A stretch of 32,000 bases of DNA from Vibrio vulnificus CMCP6 (GTDB lineage: Bacteria; Pseudomonadota; Gammaproteobacteria; Enterobacterales; Vibrionaceae), in assembly GCF_000039765.1 (NCBI RefSeq), contig NC_004459.3, positions 3,046,104 through 3,078,103 of the forward strand. Direction: 5' to 3'. The notes under the pieces were generated by a model, which saw only the letters and a list, made by a program, of their open reading frames with translations, was not told the DNA's origin and made no database searches. Within the stretch, counting starts at the first letter, position 1. Every line of letters begins with the position of its first letter. Both the position numbers and the translations under genes were made by a program. This document shows, in pieces, positions 1 to 11,000 of this stretch.

Positions 1-312
1 GTTCAATGGTCAAGCCGGAACGAGAGATCAAATTTTGATGTATGCGAATGGCGCGATCAACTTCCCCTCTAGAACGGAAGAGATTTCCTAATGCCAGATG
101 AGTATCAATCGTGTCGTTATCGACTTGAAGCAACTCAATAAAGTGATCTACCGCTTTGTCCGATTGATCAGACAGCAGTAAGTTCAGCCCCGTCACATAT
201 TGTTGAGAGATCTGATTGGAGTGCTTCTGCTTGTCATCCTGTGCACTGCGATGGCCCATATACCAACCATACGCAGCGGCAATAGGAAGTAACAAGAAGA
301 GTAATTCAAGCA
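1..312 (-). CDS. lapB: LPS assembly protein LapB (YciM), N-terminal part only; the gene runs off the left edge of the window
   Basis: Not in the ORF track because it is truncated. A minus-strand ATG at 312, 16 nt after the lapA stop, opens a frame that stays open to position 1. It translates MLELLFLLLPIAAAYGWYMGHRSAQDDKQKHSNQISQQYVTGLNLLLSDQSDKAVDHFIELLQVDNDTIDTHLALGNLFRSRGEVDRAIRIHQNLISRSGL. That is an N-terminal TM helix followed by a TPR-like repeat, as in E. coli LapB. The position directly after lapA fits. Confidence 0.8.
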
Positions 313-328
313 TTAAACCGATTCGCCC

Positions 329-595
329 TTACGCTTGTTTTTCGACCTGTGTGCTTTGCTTTTTGATCTGTTTGTTTAGCTTTCTGATTTTTAATCGCAT
401 CTTAAACTGCAAGCTAGCAAAAATAGCCCATGCTAATGCAAAGCCTGCGACAAACACACCGCCCAGCAAAGTGGACAAATGAAAATCCCCTTTTGCCAGT
501 AAGTAGTTGAAAGTAACAACTTCTTGATTCTGAGAACCTAACGCCAGTGCAATAAGAAAGAGAGCTATTACAGCAATGATTTTTATAATTTTCAT
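329..595 (-). CDS. lapA: LPS assembly protein LapA (YciS), small inner-membrane protein
   Basis: 88-aa ORF with two hydrophobic helices (IIAVIALFLIALALG and LLGGVFVAGFALAWAIFASL) and a basic C-terminal tail. An AAGGTG Shine-Dalgarno sits upstream. It lies immediately upstream of lapB. Confidence 0.75.
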   Translation of the reverse strand: MKIIKIIAVIALFLIALALGSQNQEVVTFNYLLAKGDFHLSTLLGGVFVAGFALAWAIFASLQFKMRLKIRKLNKQIKKQSTQVEKQA

Positions 596-681
596 CTGTC
601 ATCACCTTGAAGATATCAGCCGATACAATTATGCAGGAAAACCCACCTGCCGACCACGGATAATAACAATTATCTGACGAT

Positions 682-714
682 AAAAAAGCGGCATACTCTA
701 GGTATGCCGCTTTT
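682..714 (-). terminator. Rho-independent terminator downstream of ihfB
   Basis: The minus strand reads GCGGCATAC-ctaga-GTATGCCGC followed by TTTTTT, about 20 nt after the ihfB stop. A TTTT run on the plus side makes it potentially bidirectional. Confidence 0.8.
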
Positions 715-733
715 AAATCACGATTTATGTAAA

Positions 734-1015
734 TCAGCCAATGTTTACGCGCTCGCGCAACTCTTTACCAGGCTTGAAGTGCGGTACGTATTTACCTTCT
801 AGTTCCACTTTATCGCCAGTCTTTGGGTTACGACCAACACGCGGTTCACGGTAATGAAGCGAGAAACTACCGAAACCACGAATCTCGATACGATCACCGC
901 TTTCTAAGGTTGAAGCCATATGCTCCAAAATATCTTTGACAGCATCTTCTATCTCTTTGGCTGAAAGATGTGTCTGTTCAGCGCAGAGTCTTTCAATCAG
1001 TTCAGACTTAGTCAT
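734..1015 (-). CDS. ihfB: Integration host factor beta subunit
   Basis: [91 protein letters not shown] is the HU/IHF fold with the IHF-beta signature. The track ORF (to 1066) carries a 17-aa extension, so I start at the internal Met, giving 93 aa. Confidence 0.93.
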
Positions 1016-1225
1016 AGTTTCCCTCTTCGAGTCATTTTTATCACTTATTATAGTAAGTAATATCAATTACACCAAATACTTGCTACAAATTGTAGTGAAA
1101 AATCCGCTACTTGGATGTAATCCTTTTGGGGAAATTTCATTTAAGCCCCAGCTAAAAGCTAAGCGGCAATATTCAGTGGAATTACTACTACATTCACCAT
1201 TAAAACTTATAGCAGACTTTCGTGT

Positions 1226-1256
1226 AAAAAAAAGGAGCCTTTCGGCTCCTTTTTTA
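1226..1256 (-). terminator. Rho-independent terminator downstream of rpsA
   Basis: The minus strand reads AAGGAGCC-gaaa-GGCTCCTT followed by a T8 run, 10 nt after the rpsA stop. Confidence 0.85.
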
Positions 1257-1265
1257 AGACGTCTA

Positions 1266-2936
1266 TTATTCGCCTTTAGCTGCTTTGAAAGCGTCAGCCA
1301 TAGCATTACCAAACGCAGCTTCGTCAGCTTTGTTGATGCTTGCCATTGCTTCTTGCTCTTCAGCTTCGTCTTTCGCTTTGATTGAAAGGTTGATTACACG
1401 GTTCTTACGGTCAACACCAGTAAATTTCGCTTCAACTTTATCACCAACGCTTAGGATCAGTGTTGCGTCTTCAACGCGGTCACGTGAAACTTCAGACGCG
1501 CGGATGTAACCTTCTACGCCATCTTCTAGCTCGATAGTTGCGCCTTTAGCGTCAACTGCAGTTACAGTACCGTTAACTAGAGCACCTTTCTTGTTGTCAG
1601 CAACGTAAGCATTGAATGGGTCGTTTTCCATTTGCTTGATGCCTAGAGAGATACGCTCACGCTCTGCGTCTACTGCTAGAACTACTGCAGAGATTTCGTC
1701 GCCTTTCTTGAATTCGCGAACCGTTTCTTCGCCAGCTACGTTCCAAGAAATGTCAGATAGGTGAACAAGACCGTCGATACCACCGTCTAGACCGATGAAG
1801 ATACCGAAGTCAGTGATTGACTTGATCTTACCAGTTACTTTATCGCCTTTAGCTTGAGCTTCAGCGAATGACTGCCATGGGTTAGCTTTACACTGTTTCA
1901 GACCTAGAGAGATACGACGACGTTCTTCGTCGATTTCAAGAACCATAACCTCAACTTCGTCGCCAACATTAACAACTTTAGATGGGTGGATGTTCTTGTT
2001 AGTCCAATCCATTTCAGAAACGTGTACTAGACCTTCAACGCCTTCTTCGATTTCAACGAAACAGCCGTAGTCAGTTAGGTTAGTTACGCGACCAGATAGT
2101 TTGTGACCTTCTGGGTAACGCTTAGCGATTGCTACCCATGGATCTTCACCTAGCTGCTTAAGACCTAGTGAAACGCGAGTGCGGTCACGATCGAACTTAA
2201 GAACTTTAACTAGGATCTCGTCACCAACGTTAACGATTTCAGATGGGTGCTTAACGCGCTTCCACGCCATATCAGTGATGTGTAGAAGACCGTCAACGCC
2301 ACCTAGATCTACGAACGCACCGTAGTCAGTTAGGTTCTTAACGATACCTTTAACTTCAGAACCTTCTTGTAGAGTTTCTAGAAGCTCGTCACGTTCTACT
2401 GTGCTTTCAGATTCGATAACTGCGCGGCGAGATACAACTACGTTGTTACGCTTCTGGTCAAGCTTGATTACTTTGAACTCTAGCTCTTTGTTTTCTAGGT
2501 GAGCAGTGTCACGGATAGGACGTACGTCTACTAGAGAACCTGGAAGGAAAGCACGGATACCGTTTAGTTCAACAGTGAAACCGCCTTTAACTTTACCGTT
2601 GATGATACCAACAACAGTTGCAGCTTCTTCGTAAGCTTTCTCAAGAACGATCCAAGCTTCGTGACGCTTCGCTTTCTCACGAGAAAGTTGAGTTTCACCG
2701 AAACCGTCTTCTACAGCGTCCAGAGCAACGTCTACTTCAGAACCAACTTCAACTTCAAGTTCGCCAGCAGCGTTCTTGAACTGTTCAGCAGGAATTGCAG
2801 ACTCAGACTTAAGACCAGCGTCAACAAGAACGTAGCCGTTTTCGATAGCTACTACAGTACCTTTAACGATAGTACCTTGTTGGAATTCAGTCTCGTTTAG
2901 AAACTCTTCAAAGAGTTGAGCAAAAGATTCAGTCAT
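1266..2936 (-). CDS. rpsA: 30S ribosomal protein S1
   Basis: 556-aa protein with six S1 repeats. It starts [11 protein letters not shown]...[26 protein letters not shown] and closely matches my recollection of E. coli S1. Confidence 0.97.
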   Translation of the reverse strand: MTESFAQLFEEFLNETEFQQGTIVKGTVVAIENGYVLVDAGLKSESAIPAEQFKNAAGELEVEVGSEVDVALDAVEDGFGETQLSREKAKRHEAWIVLEKAYEEAATVVGIINGKVKGGFTVELNGIRAFLPGSLVDVRPIRDTAHLENKELEFKVIKLDQKRNNVVVSRRAVIESESTVERDELLETLQEGSEVKGIVKNLTDYGAFVDLGGVDGLLHITDMAWKRVKHPSEIVNVGDEILVKVLKFDRDRTRVSLGLKQLGEDPWVAIAKRYPEGHKLSGRVTNLTDYGCFVEIEEGVEGLVHVSEMDWTNKNIHPSKVVNVGDEVEVMVLEIDEERRRISLGLKQCKANPWQSFAEAQAKGDKVTGKIKSITDFGIFIGLDGGIDGLVHLSDISWNVAGEETVREFKKGDEISAVVLAVDAERERISLGIKQMENDPFNAYVADNKKGALVNGTVTAVDAKGATIELEDGVEGYIRASEVSRDRVEDATLILSVGDKVEAKFTGVDRKNRVINLSIKAKDEAEEQEAMASINKADEAAFGNAMADAFKAAKGE

Positions 2937-3045
2937 TTATTTAATCTTCAAAAAATTAAACTTCCATGGGTATCCTACCGCATGGGGTTATTAACTTCGC
3001 CAATCATCATCCTTGCGATCGACGTTCTTACCTGCCTGAGTGAAA
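2937..3045 (-). promoter_or_regulatory. rpsA 5' leader and translation-initiation region: structured, with only a weak GAAG Shine-Dalgarno
   Basis: The minus strand reads ...GATGATTGGCGAAGTTAATAACCCCATGCGGTAGGATACCCATGGAAGTTTAATTTTTTGAAGATTAAATAA-ATG. It contains a hairpin CCATGCGGTA-gga-TACCCATGG. Its layout resembles the S1-autoregulated SD-poor rpsA leader described for E. coli. Confidence 0.5.
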
Positions 3046-3726
3046 TTACTCAGCCAGCTTAGATTCGATATATTGTAGTGCCTTTTCGACCACTTCGTCG
3101 ATACTCATCGAGGTGGAATCTAGCACAAGCGCATCCTCAGCAGGGCGTAATGGTGCCACTGGGCGGTTACGATCTCGATCGTCACGCTCTTGGATCTCGC
3201 TTAAAAGGTCGTCAAATCTAACATCTAACCCTTTATCTTGCAACTGTTTAAGGCGACGATGTGCACGTTCTTCCGCGCTCGCATCAAGAAAGATTTTGGC
3301 TTTGGCATTTGGAAAAACAACCGTTCCCATATCACGGCCATCGGCCACCAAACCAGGAGCCGCTTCAAATGCTCTTTGACGACGCAGTAAAGCTTCACGA
3401 ACACGGGGTAATGCTGCCACTTTTGAAGCCGCCATGCCCGTTTCTTCTTTACGCAATTCTTTAGAGACATCCTCGCCTTCAAGAATCACTTTAACCAAGT
3501 CGCCTTCAGCAACAAACTGTACGTCCAAATGGGTGGCAAGTGGGACTAATGCATCTTCAGACTCTGTGTCTACGCCATGATGAATAGCAGCCAGTGCTAA
3601 TACACGGTAGATCGCACCAGAATCTAATAATTGAAAGCCGAGTTTCTTTGACAGCAGCATGCAAAGGGTACCTTTACCCGCACCACTTGGTCCATCTACG
3701 GTCACTACCGGAGTCTGAGACGACAT
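3046..3726 (-). CDS. cmk: Cytidylate kinase
   Basis: [41 protein letters not shown] carries a P-loop and is the Cmk family. The track start at 3738 is a GTG. The ATG at 3726 has GGAG 7 nt upstream and gives 226 aa, the size of E. coli Cmk. Confidence 0.93.
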   Translation of the reverse strand: MSSQTPVVTVDGPSGAGKGTLCMLLSKKLGFQLLDSGAIYRVLALAAIHHGVDTESEDALVPLATHLDVQFVAEGDLVKVILEGEDVSKELRKEETGMAASKVAALPRVREALLRRQRAFEAAPGLVADGRDMGTVVFPNAKAKIFLDASAEERAHRRLKQLQDKGLDVRFDDLLSEIQERDDRDRNRPVAPLRPAEDALVLDSTSMSIDEVVEKALQYIESKLAE

Positions 3727-3863
3727 GTTTTTCTCCACCTTTTGTTTTCTTTCTCGGGTTAATACCCAGTTTCAGAGGCGCGTATTATAAAGGGAATCGC
3801 TAATTGGGGCGAGGAGAAATCCCTAAGTAATCGATTACATCGACGATCTTATTGACCACAATG

Positions 3864-3893
3864 AAAAACGGCGAAAGTAAGAACCTTCGCCGT
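3864..3893 (-). terminator. Rho-independent terminator downstream of sohB
   Basis: The minus strand reads ACGGCGAA-10 nt loop-TTCGCCGT followed by TTTTT, about 25 nt after the sohB stop. Confidence 0.7.
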
Positions 3894-3918
3894 AATGATG
3901 ACTGCCTGTGCGTACGCA

Positions 3919-4980
3919 TTAAACAATGGGCTTTTGTCCACGCTCAGCCAGTTTAAGAATCACACTGTCTGCCACTTTTGCCGCGCTACCGGCTAGTTTA
4001 TCTGCCAGTTTTTTCTTTTGTACATAATGTACTGCCAGCACGGTTTTTTCTTTGCATGCCGCAACAATAAGATCATCAGAAGTCGCAATGTCATCCACTA
4101 ATCCTAACGCATGGGCCTGCGTTCCAAACCAGTGCTCCCCTGTTGCGACTTTTTCAAGCTCTAATTCAGGACGACGCTCACGAATAAAATCTTTAAACAG
4201 ATCATGCGTTTCTTCCAATTCTTGCTTAAATTTCTCACGAGCTTTGTCGGTATTTTCACCAAACATGGTTAAGGTGCGTTTGTATTCACCAGCGGTCATT
4301 TGTTCAAACTCAATATCATGCTTCTTTAATAGCTTGTTGAAGTTTGGGATCTGGGCAATGACACCGATTGAGCCAACGATGGCAAATGGAGCAGAAACAA
4401 TTTTATCCGCGACACAAGCCATCATATAACCACCACTGGCCGCCACTTTATCAACTGCAATCGTGAGCGGTAATCCCGCGGCTTTAATACGATCCAATTG
4501 TGACGAGGCCAAACCATAACCGTGAACCATGCCGCCGCCAGATTCTAAACGCAGCAATACTTCATCTCCTTCGCCTGCAACGGCTAGAATGGCGGTGATC
4601 TCTTCGCGTAATGATTTCACTTCTTTCGCATCGATACTGCCATTGAAATCCAATACAAACAGATGCGGTTCACGCTTGTGATCCAACTTACCTTCTTTGG
4701 CGGCTTTTTTTATCTCTTTTTCACGCAGCTTATCTTTTTCTTTTTCTTCCTTTTTCTCCGCTTTATGACGAGCTTTGAGATAAGCCTCATCGTGAAGATA
4801 ATGCTCTAAGTGTTCAACATTGCTCTTGTGCAACTCCGACAAGTCCGTAATTTCTAACTCGCCTTTAATTGCGGAAGATTTTCCACTCACAGATTTGGCC
4901 AGTATGAGTAACACGACAACGGCCACAATAAAGGTAACGACTTTCGCTAAAAACAAGCCGTAATCTAATAAAAATTCCAA
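3919..4980 (-). CDS. sohB: S49-family inner-membrane peptidase SohB
   Basis: 353-aa protein with an N-terminal TM helix, a Lys/Glu-rich linker and an S49/ClpP-like core (ASGGYMMACVADKIVSAPFAIVGSIGV). It is divergent from yciK, as in E. coli. Confidence 0.88.
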   Translation of the reverse strand: MEFLLDYGLFLAKVVTFIVAVVVLLILAKSVSGKSSAIKGELEITDLSELHKSNVEHLEHYLHDEAYLKARHKAEKKEEKEKDKLREKEIKKAAKEGKLDHKREPHLFVLDFNGSIDAKEVKSLREEITAILAVAGEGDEVLLRLESGGGMVHGYGLASSQLDRIKAAGLPLTIAVDKVAASGGYMMACVADKIVSAPFAIVGSIGVIAQIPNFNKLLKKHDIEFEQMTAGEYKRTLTMFGENTDKAREKFKQELEETHDLFKDFIRERRPELELEKVATGEHWFGTQAHALGLVDDIATSDDLIVAACKEKTVLAVHYVQKKKLADKLAGSAAKVADSVILKLAERGQKPIV

Positions 4981-5110
4981 TGTAATATCCCCTAGAGTGT
5001 GAATTGGTGTATTGTAACCATCTTGTCACGATTACCAAGACTTTCCGTTGCATATCTGTTTGATTTTGCAACGCAGGATAGAACAAATAGAAATATAAGG
5101 ATTGAGCACA

Positions 5111-5854
5111 GTGGATTATTCAATCTCTACAGATGCCCTGAAAGATAAAGTTATACTGGTGACGGGTGCTGGTGCTGGCATCGGTCGTCAAGCTGCATTG
5201 ACCTACGCAAAACATGGTGCCACCGTAATTCTCTTAGGGCGCAACGTTAAGAACCTCGAATCCGTCTACGATGAAATAGAAGCCTCTGGTTACCCACAAG
5301 CGGCAATCATTCCTCTTGATCTCAAAGGTGCCACCAAACAAAACTACATCGATATGTCTGAAACCATTGAGGGCCAATTCGGTCGCTTGGACGGTTTACT
5401 GCATAACGCAGGCGTCTTGGGTACCTTAAGTCCTTTCGATCAAATCAGCGAAGAAGACTTTGATGACATCTTACAAATCAACGTCAAATCCGAATTTTTA
5501 ATGACCCAAGCGTTATTGCCATTGCTGCGTAAAGCACAAGCAGGTCGCATCATATTCACCTCATCCACCGTAGGCCATTCTGGCCGCGCATTTTGGGGCA
5601 CCTACGCCATTTCTAAATTTGCGGTTGAAGGGATGATGCAGATCCTAGCCGACGAATTCAGCAATTCTCCAATTCGTGTTAATGCTATTAATCCAGGTGC
5701 CACACGCACACGCATGCGTGAAAAAGCCTACCCTGGTGAGGATGCCAATACACTGAAAACACCCGCAGATTTGATGCCGCTTTATCTCCATTTAATGGAT
5801 CCTGCAACCACCGACGTGAATGGCCAATGCATTGATGCACAACCAAAGCGCTAG
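5111..5854 (+). CDS. yciK: YciK-family short-chain dehydrogenase/reductase
   Basis: Rossmann motif VTGAGAGIG, NNAG-like HNAG and a YxxxK motif (YAISK). The C-terminal stretch LKTPADLMPLYLHLM matches my recollection of E. coli YciK. The track start is a TTG at 5102 directly abutting AGGA. The GTG at 5111, 9 nt after AGGA, matches the E. coli N-terminal length. The start is uncertain by 3 codons. Confidence 0.85.
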   Translation: MDYSISTDALKDKVILVTGAGAGIGRQAALTYAKHGATVILLGRNVKNLESVYDEIEASGYPQAAIIPLDLKGATKQNYIDMSETIEGQFGRLDGLLHNAGVLGTLSPFDQISEEDFDDILQINVKSEFLMTQALLPLLRKAQAGRIIFTSSTVGHSGRAFWGTYAISKFAVEGMMQILADEFSNSPIRVNAINPGATRTRMREKAYPGEDANTLKTPADLMPLYLHLMDPATTDVNGQCIDAQPKR

Positions 5855-5883
5855 CGCAGATTCTCGTTACTTCCACCGATTAG

Positions 5884-5908
5884 AAAGGCAGCAAACGCTG
5901 CCTTTTTT
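5884..5908 (+). terminator. Rho-independent terminator downstream of yciK
   Basis: GGCAGC-aaac-GCTGCC followed by TTTTTT. Confidence 0.85.
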
Positions 5909-5930
5909 CATTTTCTGTACGATAAAAATC

Positions 5931-5958
5931 TTGCGCCTTTCTGTTAGTTAAATATACT
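5931..5958 (+). promoter_or_regulatory. Putative sigma70 promoter of the imuA operon
   Basis: TTGCGC (5931-5936), a 16-nt spacer and TATACT (5953-5958). The -10 element overlaps the left arm of the LexA box. This is pattern matching only. Confidence 0.35.
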
Positions 5959-5975
5959 GTATGTATATACAGGTA
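5956..5975. promoter_or_regulatory. LexA operator (SOS box)
   Basis: TACTGTATGTATATACAGGT contains a perfect CTGT-N8-ACAG core at 5958-5973, the gammaproteobacterial consensus TACTG(TA)5CAGTA. It ends 7 nt before the imuA ATG and overlaps the putative -10 and the SD. Confidence 0.88.
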
Positions 5976-5982
5976 TTTTATT

Positions 5983-6666
5983 ATGAAGAACATCATTCAG
6001 ACCTTAAAAAACCAACAGTTGATTTGGCACGCAAATTCAACAAGGTGCGCTAATGAATCTTGTTACCAAACTTCTGGTATTGATGAATTAGATAAACTGC
6101 TTGGCGGTGGATTCCCACAGCATGGTGTGGTGGAAATGGAATCTGCACTCGGCATCGGTGAATTACGCTTACTGGCTAATTATCTTAAACAGCAGCAGGA
6201 TCTGATCGTACTGATCCACCCCCCTGCAGTTTTGAATGCCGCCTTTTGGCGTAATATGGATTTTCCCTTAGCCAATTGTCTCGTGATCCATTCAGTGTCA
6301 ACCAAAGAAGCATTATGGGCCGCCGAGCAATGCCTAAAAAGCGGAGTGTGCCGTACCGTGCTCCTTTGGCAAGAAGAGATGGAGATTCACCAAGTCAAAC
6401 GCTTACAAGTGGCTAGCGAGCAAGGGGGTTGTGTACTGTTTATGTTCCGCCCTTATCAATCACATCGCCTTTCTTTACCACTGTCCTTAAGTCTGCGTCT
6501 TTCGCCTACCGAGCACGGCATACATGTCGAACTCTTAAAACGCCGAGGAGGATGGGGAAAAGGAGCGGTTGATATTGATTACCACAATCAGTATCCCCAC
6601 CTGACACTGGCAAGCCAAATCCCAAACCATACTGTCATTCCTTTTCCCGTCGCTATGCAGGGGTGA
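5983..6666 (+). CDS. imuA: ImuA (SulA/RecA-like) component of the SOS mutagenesis cassette
   Basis: 227-aa ORF directly behind the LexA box and first gene ahead of imuB-dnaE2. The motif GIDELDKLLGGGFPQHGVVE is typical of SulA/ImuA-type proteins. The assignment rests mainly on context plus this motif. Confidence 0.75.
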   Translation: MKNIIQTLKNQQLIWHANSTRCANESCYQTSGIDELDKLLGGGFPQHGVVEMESALGIGELRLLANYLKQQQDLIVLIHPPAVLNAAFWRNMDFPLANCLVIHSVSTKEALWAAEQCLKSGVCRTVLLWQEEMEIHQVKRLQVASEQGGCVLFMFRPYQSHRLSLPLSLSLRLSPTEHGIHVELLKRRGGWGKGAVDIDYHNQYPHLTLASQIPNHTVIPFPVAMQG

Positions 6667-8066
6667 ACATGCATTTATGGTTATATCTGTCGTTTCCTCG
6701 ACTGCAAACAGACTCTATGCTAGTGACACAACATCCTCTTGCTGTGGTGCATCCTCAGTCACACCAAGTGCTTCAAATAAACGATTTGGCCTCAAATGCG
6801 GGTCTGGCTGTCGGTATGGGATTAGCCAGTGCTGCGACTCTTTGCTCCCAGCTACAAGTCATTGTTTATGATGAGAAGTTGGAACATCGCAAACTCAAAG
6901 AGATCGCACAATGGCTCTATTTTATGACGGCAGACCTCGTGTTAGATCCTCCGAGTGGCCTATGGGTTCGTGTCAGCCATATGCTGAATCTCTATCAAGG
7001 GCTTGATAATTACTGGCACACTCTCAGTGAGCACCTAGCGACACTGGCAGTCAGCTACCACGCTTCGACGGGGTTTTCTCCCCTATCGGCGAAATTACTG
7101 GCCAAAGCAGGGCATCCGCTCATTAGCGACAACCAAACTGAGCTACTCACAAAAGTAAAAAAGCACCCACTCACATTTAGCGAATTAAAAGCCACCACTA
7201 TCGAAAAACTGCAACGTATCGGTATTCATACATTCGATGCATTGCTGACGCTTCCTTTACAAGAGCTCGCACGACGTTTCGATATCGAACTGGTTAATTA
7301 CATTGGAAAGTTAACTGGTCAACTCAAGCACCCAGTGGACTTTTATCATCCACCTTCTCGTTTTAAACAGGAGTTAGAACTGCTGTTTGAGTTAGACAAT
7401 GTCCAATGGCTGGAAAAGCCGCTAGAGAAGCTATTTAGGCAGTTAGAGAGCTATCTCACCATTCGTAATAAAACCGCGCATGAGCTGCAACTCACCTTAT
7501 TTCAACGTAATGACTTAAGCAAGGCTATCTCTTTTCATTCCGCGCAAGGTGAATATCGTAGCCAACAATGGCAAAAGCTCTCCGCTCTAACGTTAGAATC
7601 CACGATTCTTCAGGCTCCCGTTACACGTCTGCAGCTAGAGGTCATCCGGGAAGGTGAGCCCAATGCTCACCCTACTGATCTCTTTTCTCATCGAACAGGG
7701 CAACTCTCTCGCCTCGAGTTGTACTCACTGTTGCAAGCAAAATTAGGCGCAGATTCCATAGCCACTTTGGGCTTGAATCATGATCCTAGACCTGAAAAAG
7801 CAACCCGTTACCAATCAACATTAACAGAACCCCCAAGCGAAGAGATTGAATGCCGACTACTACGCCCAAGTTTTTTACTCCCTGCTCCTGAGCCTTTGCA
7901 ACATCATGTTTCTTTGATACATGGCCCTGAACGTATTGTCAGTGGCTGGTGGGATGGCGATGAGATCATGCGCGATTATTTCATTGCGAGAACCGAGCAA
8001 GGCCAGTGGCTTTGGGTATTTCGCGATCAAAAAAAGCAGTGGTTTTTACACGGTTTATTTTGTTAA
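6663..8066 (+). CDS. imuB: ImuB, Y-family-polymerase-like protein
   Basis: 467 aa from the track start. The N-terminus (MN)MHLWLYLSFPRLQTD resembles the MLWLxLxFPxLxLD start typical of ImuB, and the C-terminus has WWDG...RDYF. The GTG at 6663 overlaps the imuA TGA (GTGA). The ATG at 6669 is an equally plausible start. Confidence 0.8.
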   Translation: MNMHLWLYLSFPRLQTDSMLVTQHPLAVVHPQSHQVLQINDLASNAGLAVGMGLASAATLCSQLQVIVYDEKLEHRKLKEIAQWLYFMTADLVLDPPSGLWVRVSHMLNLYQGLDNYWHTLSEHLATLAVSYHASTGFSPLSAKLLAKAGHPLISDNQTELLTKVKKHPLTFSELKATTIEKLQRIGIHTFDALLTLPLQELARRFDIELVNYIGKLTGQLKHPVDFYHPPSRFKQELELLFELDNVQWLEKPLEKLFRQLESYLTIRNKTAHELQLTLFQRNDLSKAISFHSAQGEYRSQQWQKLSALTLESTILQAPVTRLQLEVIREGEPNAHPTDLFSHRTGQLSRLELYSLLQAKLGADSIATLGLNHDPRPEKATRYQSTLTEPPSEEIECRLLRPSFLLPAPEPLQHHVSLIHGPERIVSGWWDGDEIMRDYFIARTEQGQWLWVFRDQKKQWFLHGLFC

Positions 8067-8081
8067 GCAATTAAGGTCGTT

Positions 8082-11000
8082 ATGTTTTACGCTGAACTCT
8101 TTTGCCAAAGCAACTTCTCTTTTCTGACGGGGGCTTCTCACCCTGAAGAACTCATCGTGCAGGCGAATTTTTTAGGCTACCACTCGCTGGCGATCACGGA
8201 TGAGTGCTCACTGGCAGGCATCGTAAGAGCACACAGTGCCATTAAGCAACATCAACTTTCGGTCAAACAAATCGTCGGCAGCTTTTTTAAACTCAATACA
8301 GAATGTCAGTTTGTCTTGCTCTGCCCCAACCGCGAAGCCTACGCTGAATTATGTCGAATCATCACCAACGCTCGTCGACGTTGTGAAAAAGGCCAATACC
8401 AACTGTCACAGTGGGATGTCATGTCTCTAAAACATTGCTTGCTCATCTGGCTTCCGACAGGGCAAACGAGTGATGAACAATGGGCAACATGGCTTTCTCG
8501 TTATCAACAATCACGTCTTTGGCTTGGCTTACAACGCCATCTTCGCCATGATGATGAACATTACCTTCACCACTGCCAAACATTGGCAAACCAGTTTGAT
8601 TTGCCCATCACAGCCTGCGGTGGAGTATTAATGCACAGACCCGAGCGATTACCTCTACAGCACACGCTCACCGCCATTCGTCACGGTTGTACGGTAGAAC
8701 AACTGGGCACACAGTTATTGACCAATGCAGAGCAGTCTCTGCGTTCGGAGAAGAAACTCCGCAAGCTGTTCAAACCTCAGTGGCTCGCAGAGAGTCTGTA
8801 TATCGCCAGCCTATGCAGTTTTGACCTTGATAGTTTACGTTATGAATACCCAAGCGAGTTGATTCCTGATGGCTATACTCCCGACTCTTACCTCGAACAC
8901 CTTGTCGAACAAGGCAAAAAATTGCGCTTTCCAGAAGGGGTTCCCGACGCTATCGAGCAAACGATTCAAAAAGAGCTTGCTCTGATTAAAGAGCAAAAAT
9001 ACCCATTTTTCTTCCTCACTATCCATGACATTGTCATGTTTGCCAAACAGCAAGGCATTCTCTACCAAGGGCGAGGGTCTGCGGCCAATTCCGTCGTCTG
9101 CTATTGCTTACAGATCACCTCCGTTGACCCTAGACAGATCGCGGTACTATTCGAGCGTTTTATCAGTAAAGAGCGTGACGAGCCACCGGATATTGATGTT
9201 GATTTCGAGCACGAACGACGTGAAGAAGTCATTCAATATATCTATCAAAAGTACGGTCGCCAAAGGGCTGCGCTGGCAGCGACGGTTATCTCCTATCGTT
9301 TCAAAAGCGCCGTTCGACAGGTAGGAAAAGCCTTGGGTATCGAGGAAACACAGCTCGATTTTTTCTTGAAGAACATCAACCGTCGTGATCGCCAGGCTGG
9401 GTGGCAAGCGCAGCTCGTTGAACTGGGTTTGCAGCCCGACTCACTCAAAGGACAACACTTTATTCAGTTAGTCGAAGAAATCATTGGTTTTCCTCGTCAT
9501 CTTTCACAGCATGTTGGTGGGTTTGTTATCTCTTCTGGGCCACTATACGAACTGGTTCCAGTCGAGAATGCCGCCATGCCTGAGCGCACCATTATCCAAT
9601 GGGATAAAGACGATCTTGAGAGCCTAAAGTTACTGAAAGTCGATGTTCTATCTCTTGGTATGCTTACCGCAATCCGTAAGTGCTTCCTCTCGATTGAGCA
9701 ACATCATCAACAACGACTTTCTATTGCCGACATTACTCGCCGCCAAGATGACCAAGCCGTCTACAAGATGATTCAAAAAGCCGACACTATCGGCGTCTTT
9801 CAAATTGAATCTCGAGCACAAATGAGTATGTTGCCACGGCTTAAACCAGCGTGTTACTACGATCTTGTGATTCAGATTGCGATTGTTCGCCCAGGCCCGA
9901 TTCAAGGTGATATGGTCCACCCTTTTCTTAAAAGACGTGATGGAGAGGAGCCGATTAGTTATCCATCGGTACACGTCCAAGAAGTATTGGAACGAACACT
10001 CGGAGTGCCGATTTTCCAAGAACAAGTGATTAAATTAGCGATGGTGGCTGCGGGATTCAGCGGCGGAGAAGCCGATCAATTACGCCGCGCTATGGCGGCA
10101 TGGAAAAAAAACGGTCACGTCTTCAAGTTCAAAACAAAGTTAATCAATGGCATGTTGGAAAGAGGCTATGAGTTAGACTTTGCAGAACGTATCTTTGAGC
10201 AAATTTGTGGCTTTGGTGAATACGGTTTTCCAGAAAGTCACTCCGCTTCCTTCGCAGTTTTAGCCTATTGCTCTGCTTGGTTAAAACACTACTACCCCGC
10301 TGAGTTTTATACTGCCCTACTCAACAGCCAGCCCATGGGCTTTTATAGCCCATCCCAGCTGGTGCAAGATGCCAAAAGGCATGGTATTGCTGTGCTACCT
10401 ATCTGTGTCAATTTCTCTAATGCAGAACATCAACTGGTGAGGTTAACATCAGGCGAGTTAGCCATTCGCCTTGGTTTCAATCTGATCAAAGGGTTAAGCC
10501 ACGAAGGCATCACTCGCCTACTGACTCATCGACCCGCACAAGGCTACCAATGCATAAGCGAAGTGAAGCAAATCCTGCGTCAGGCAAAAGATATCCAGAG
10601 CCTTGCCTCTGCCAATGCTTTTTATCAATTGGCGGACAATCGTTATTTGGCTCGCTGGCAGGTGATGGACAACCTTGATGAACTGCCTTTGTTCCAAACG
10701 TTACCCAGCATAAGCAACAACCCTTTACCGAAGCCAAGCGATTATCAAAATGTATTAGAAGACTATGCGGCAACAGGGCTCTCTCTGGCTGAGCACCCCG
10801 TTGCTATGTTAGAAAAAGCGGGCGGCTTAACACGCTTTACGCGCGCCAACCAATTAAACCAATGCTCTCATCGCTCATTGGTGACGGTGATCGGACTGGT
10901 GACCGGAAAACAATCTCCCGGAACCGCAGCTGGTGTCACGTTTTTCACTCTCGAAGACGACACTGGGAATATTAATGTGGTGGTCTGGCAGGCAACCTCA

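Noticed and set aside
5855-5982. The idea that the imuA-imuB-dnaE2 block is a recent mobile island
   Set aside because: I found no direct repeats between the left (5855-5982) and right (11157-11219) flanks. There is no tRNA, integrase, transposase or IS end, and no obvious compositional break by eye. It can still vary between species, but the sequence gives no mobility signature.
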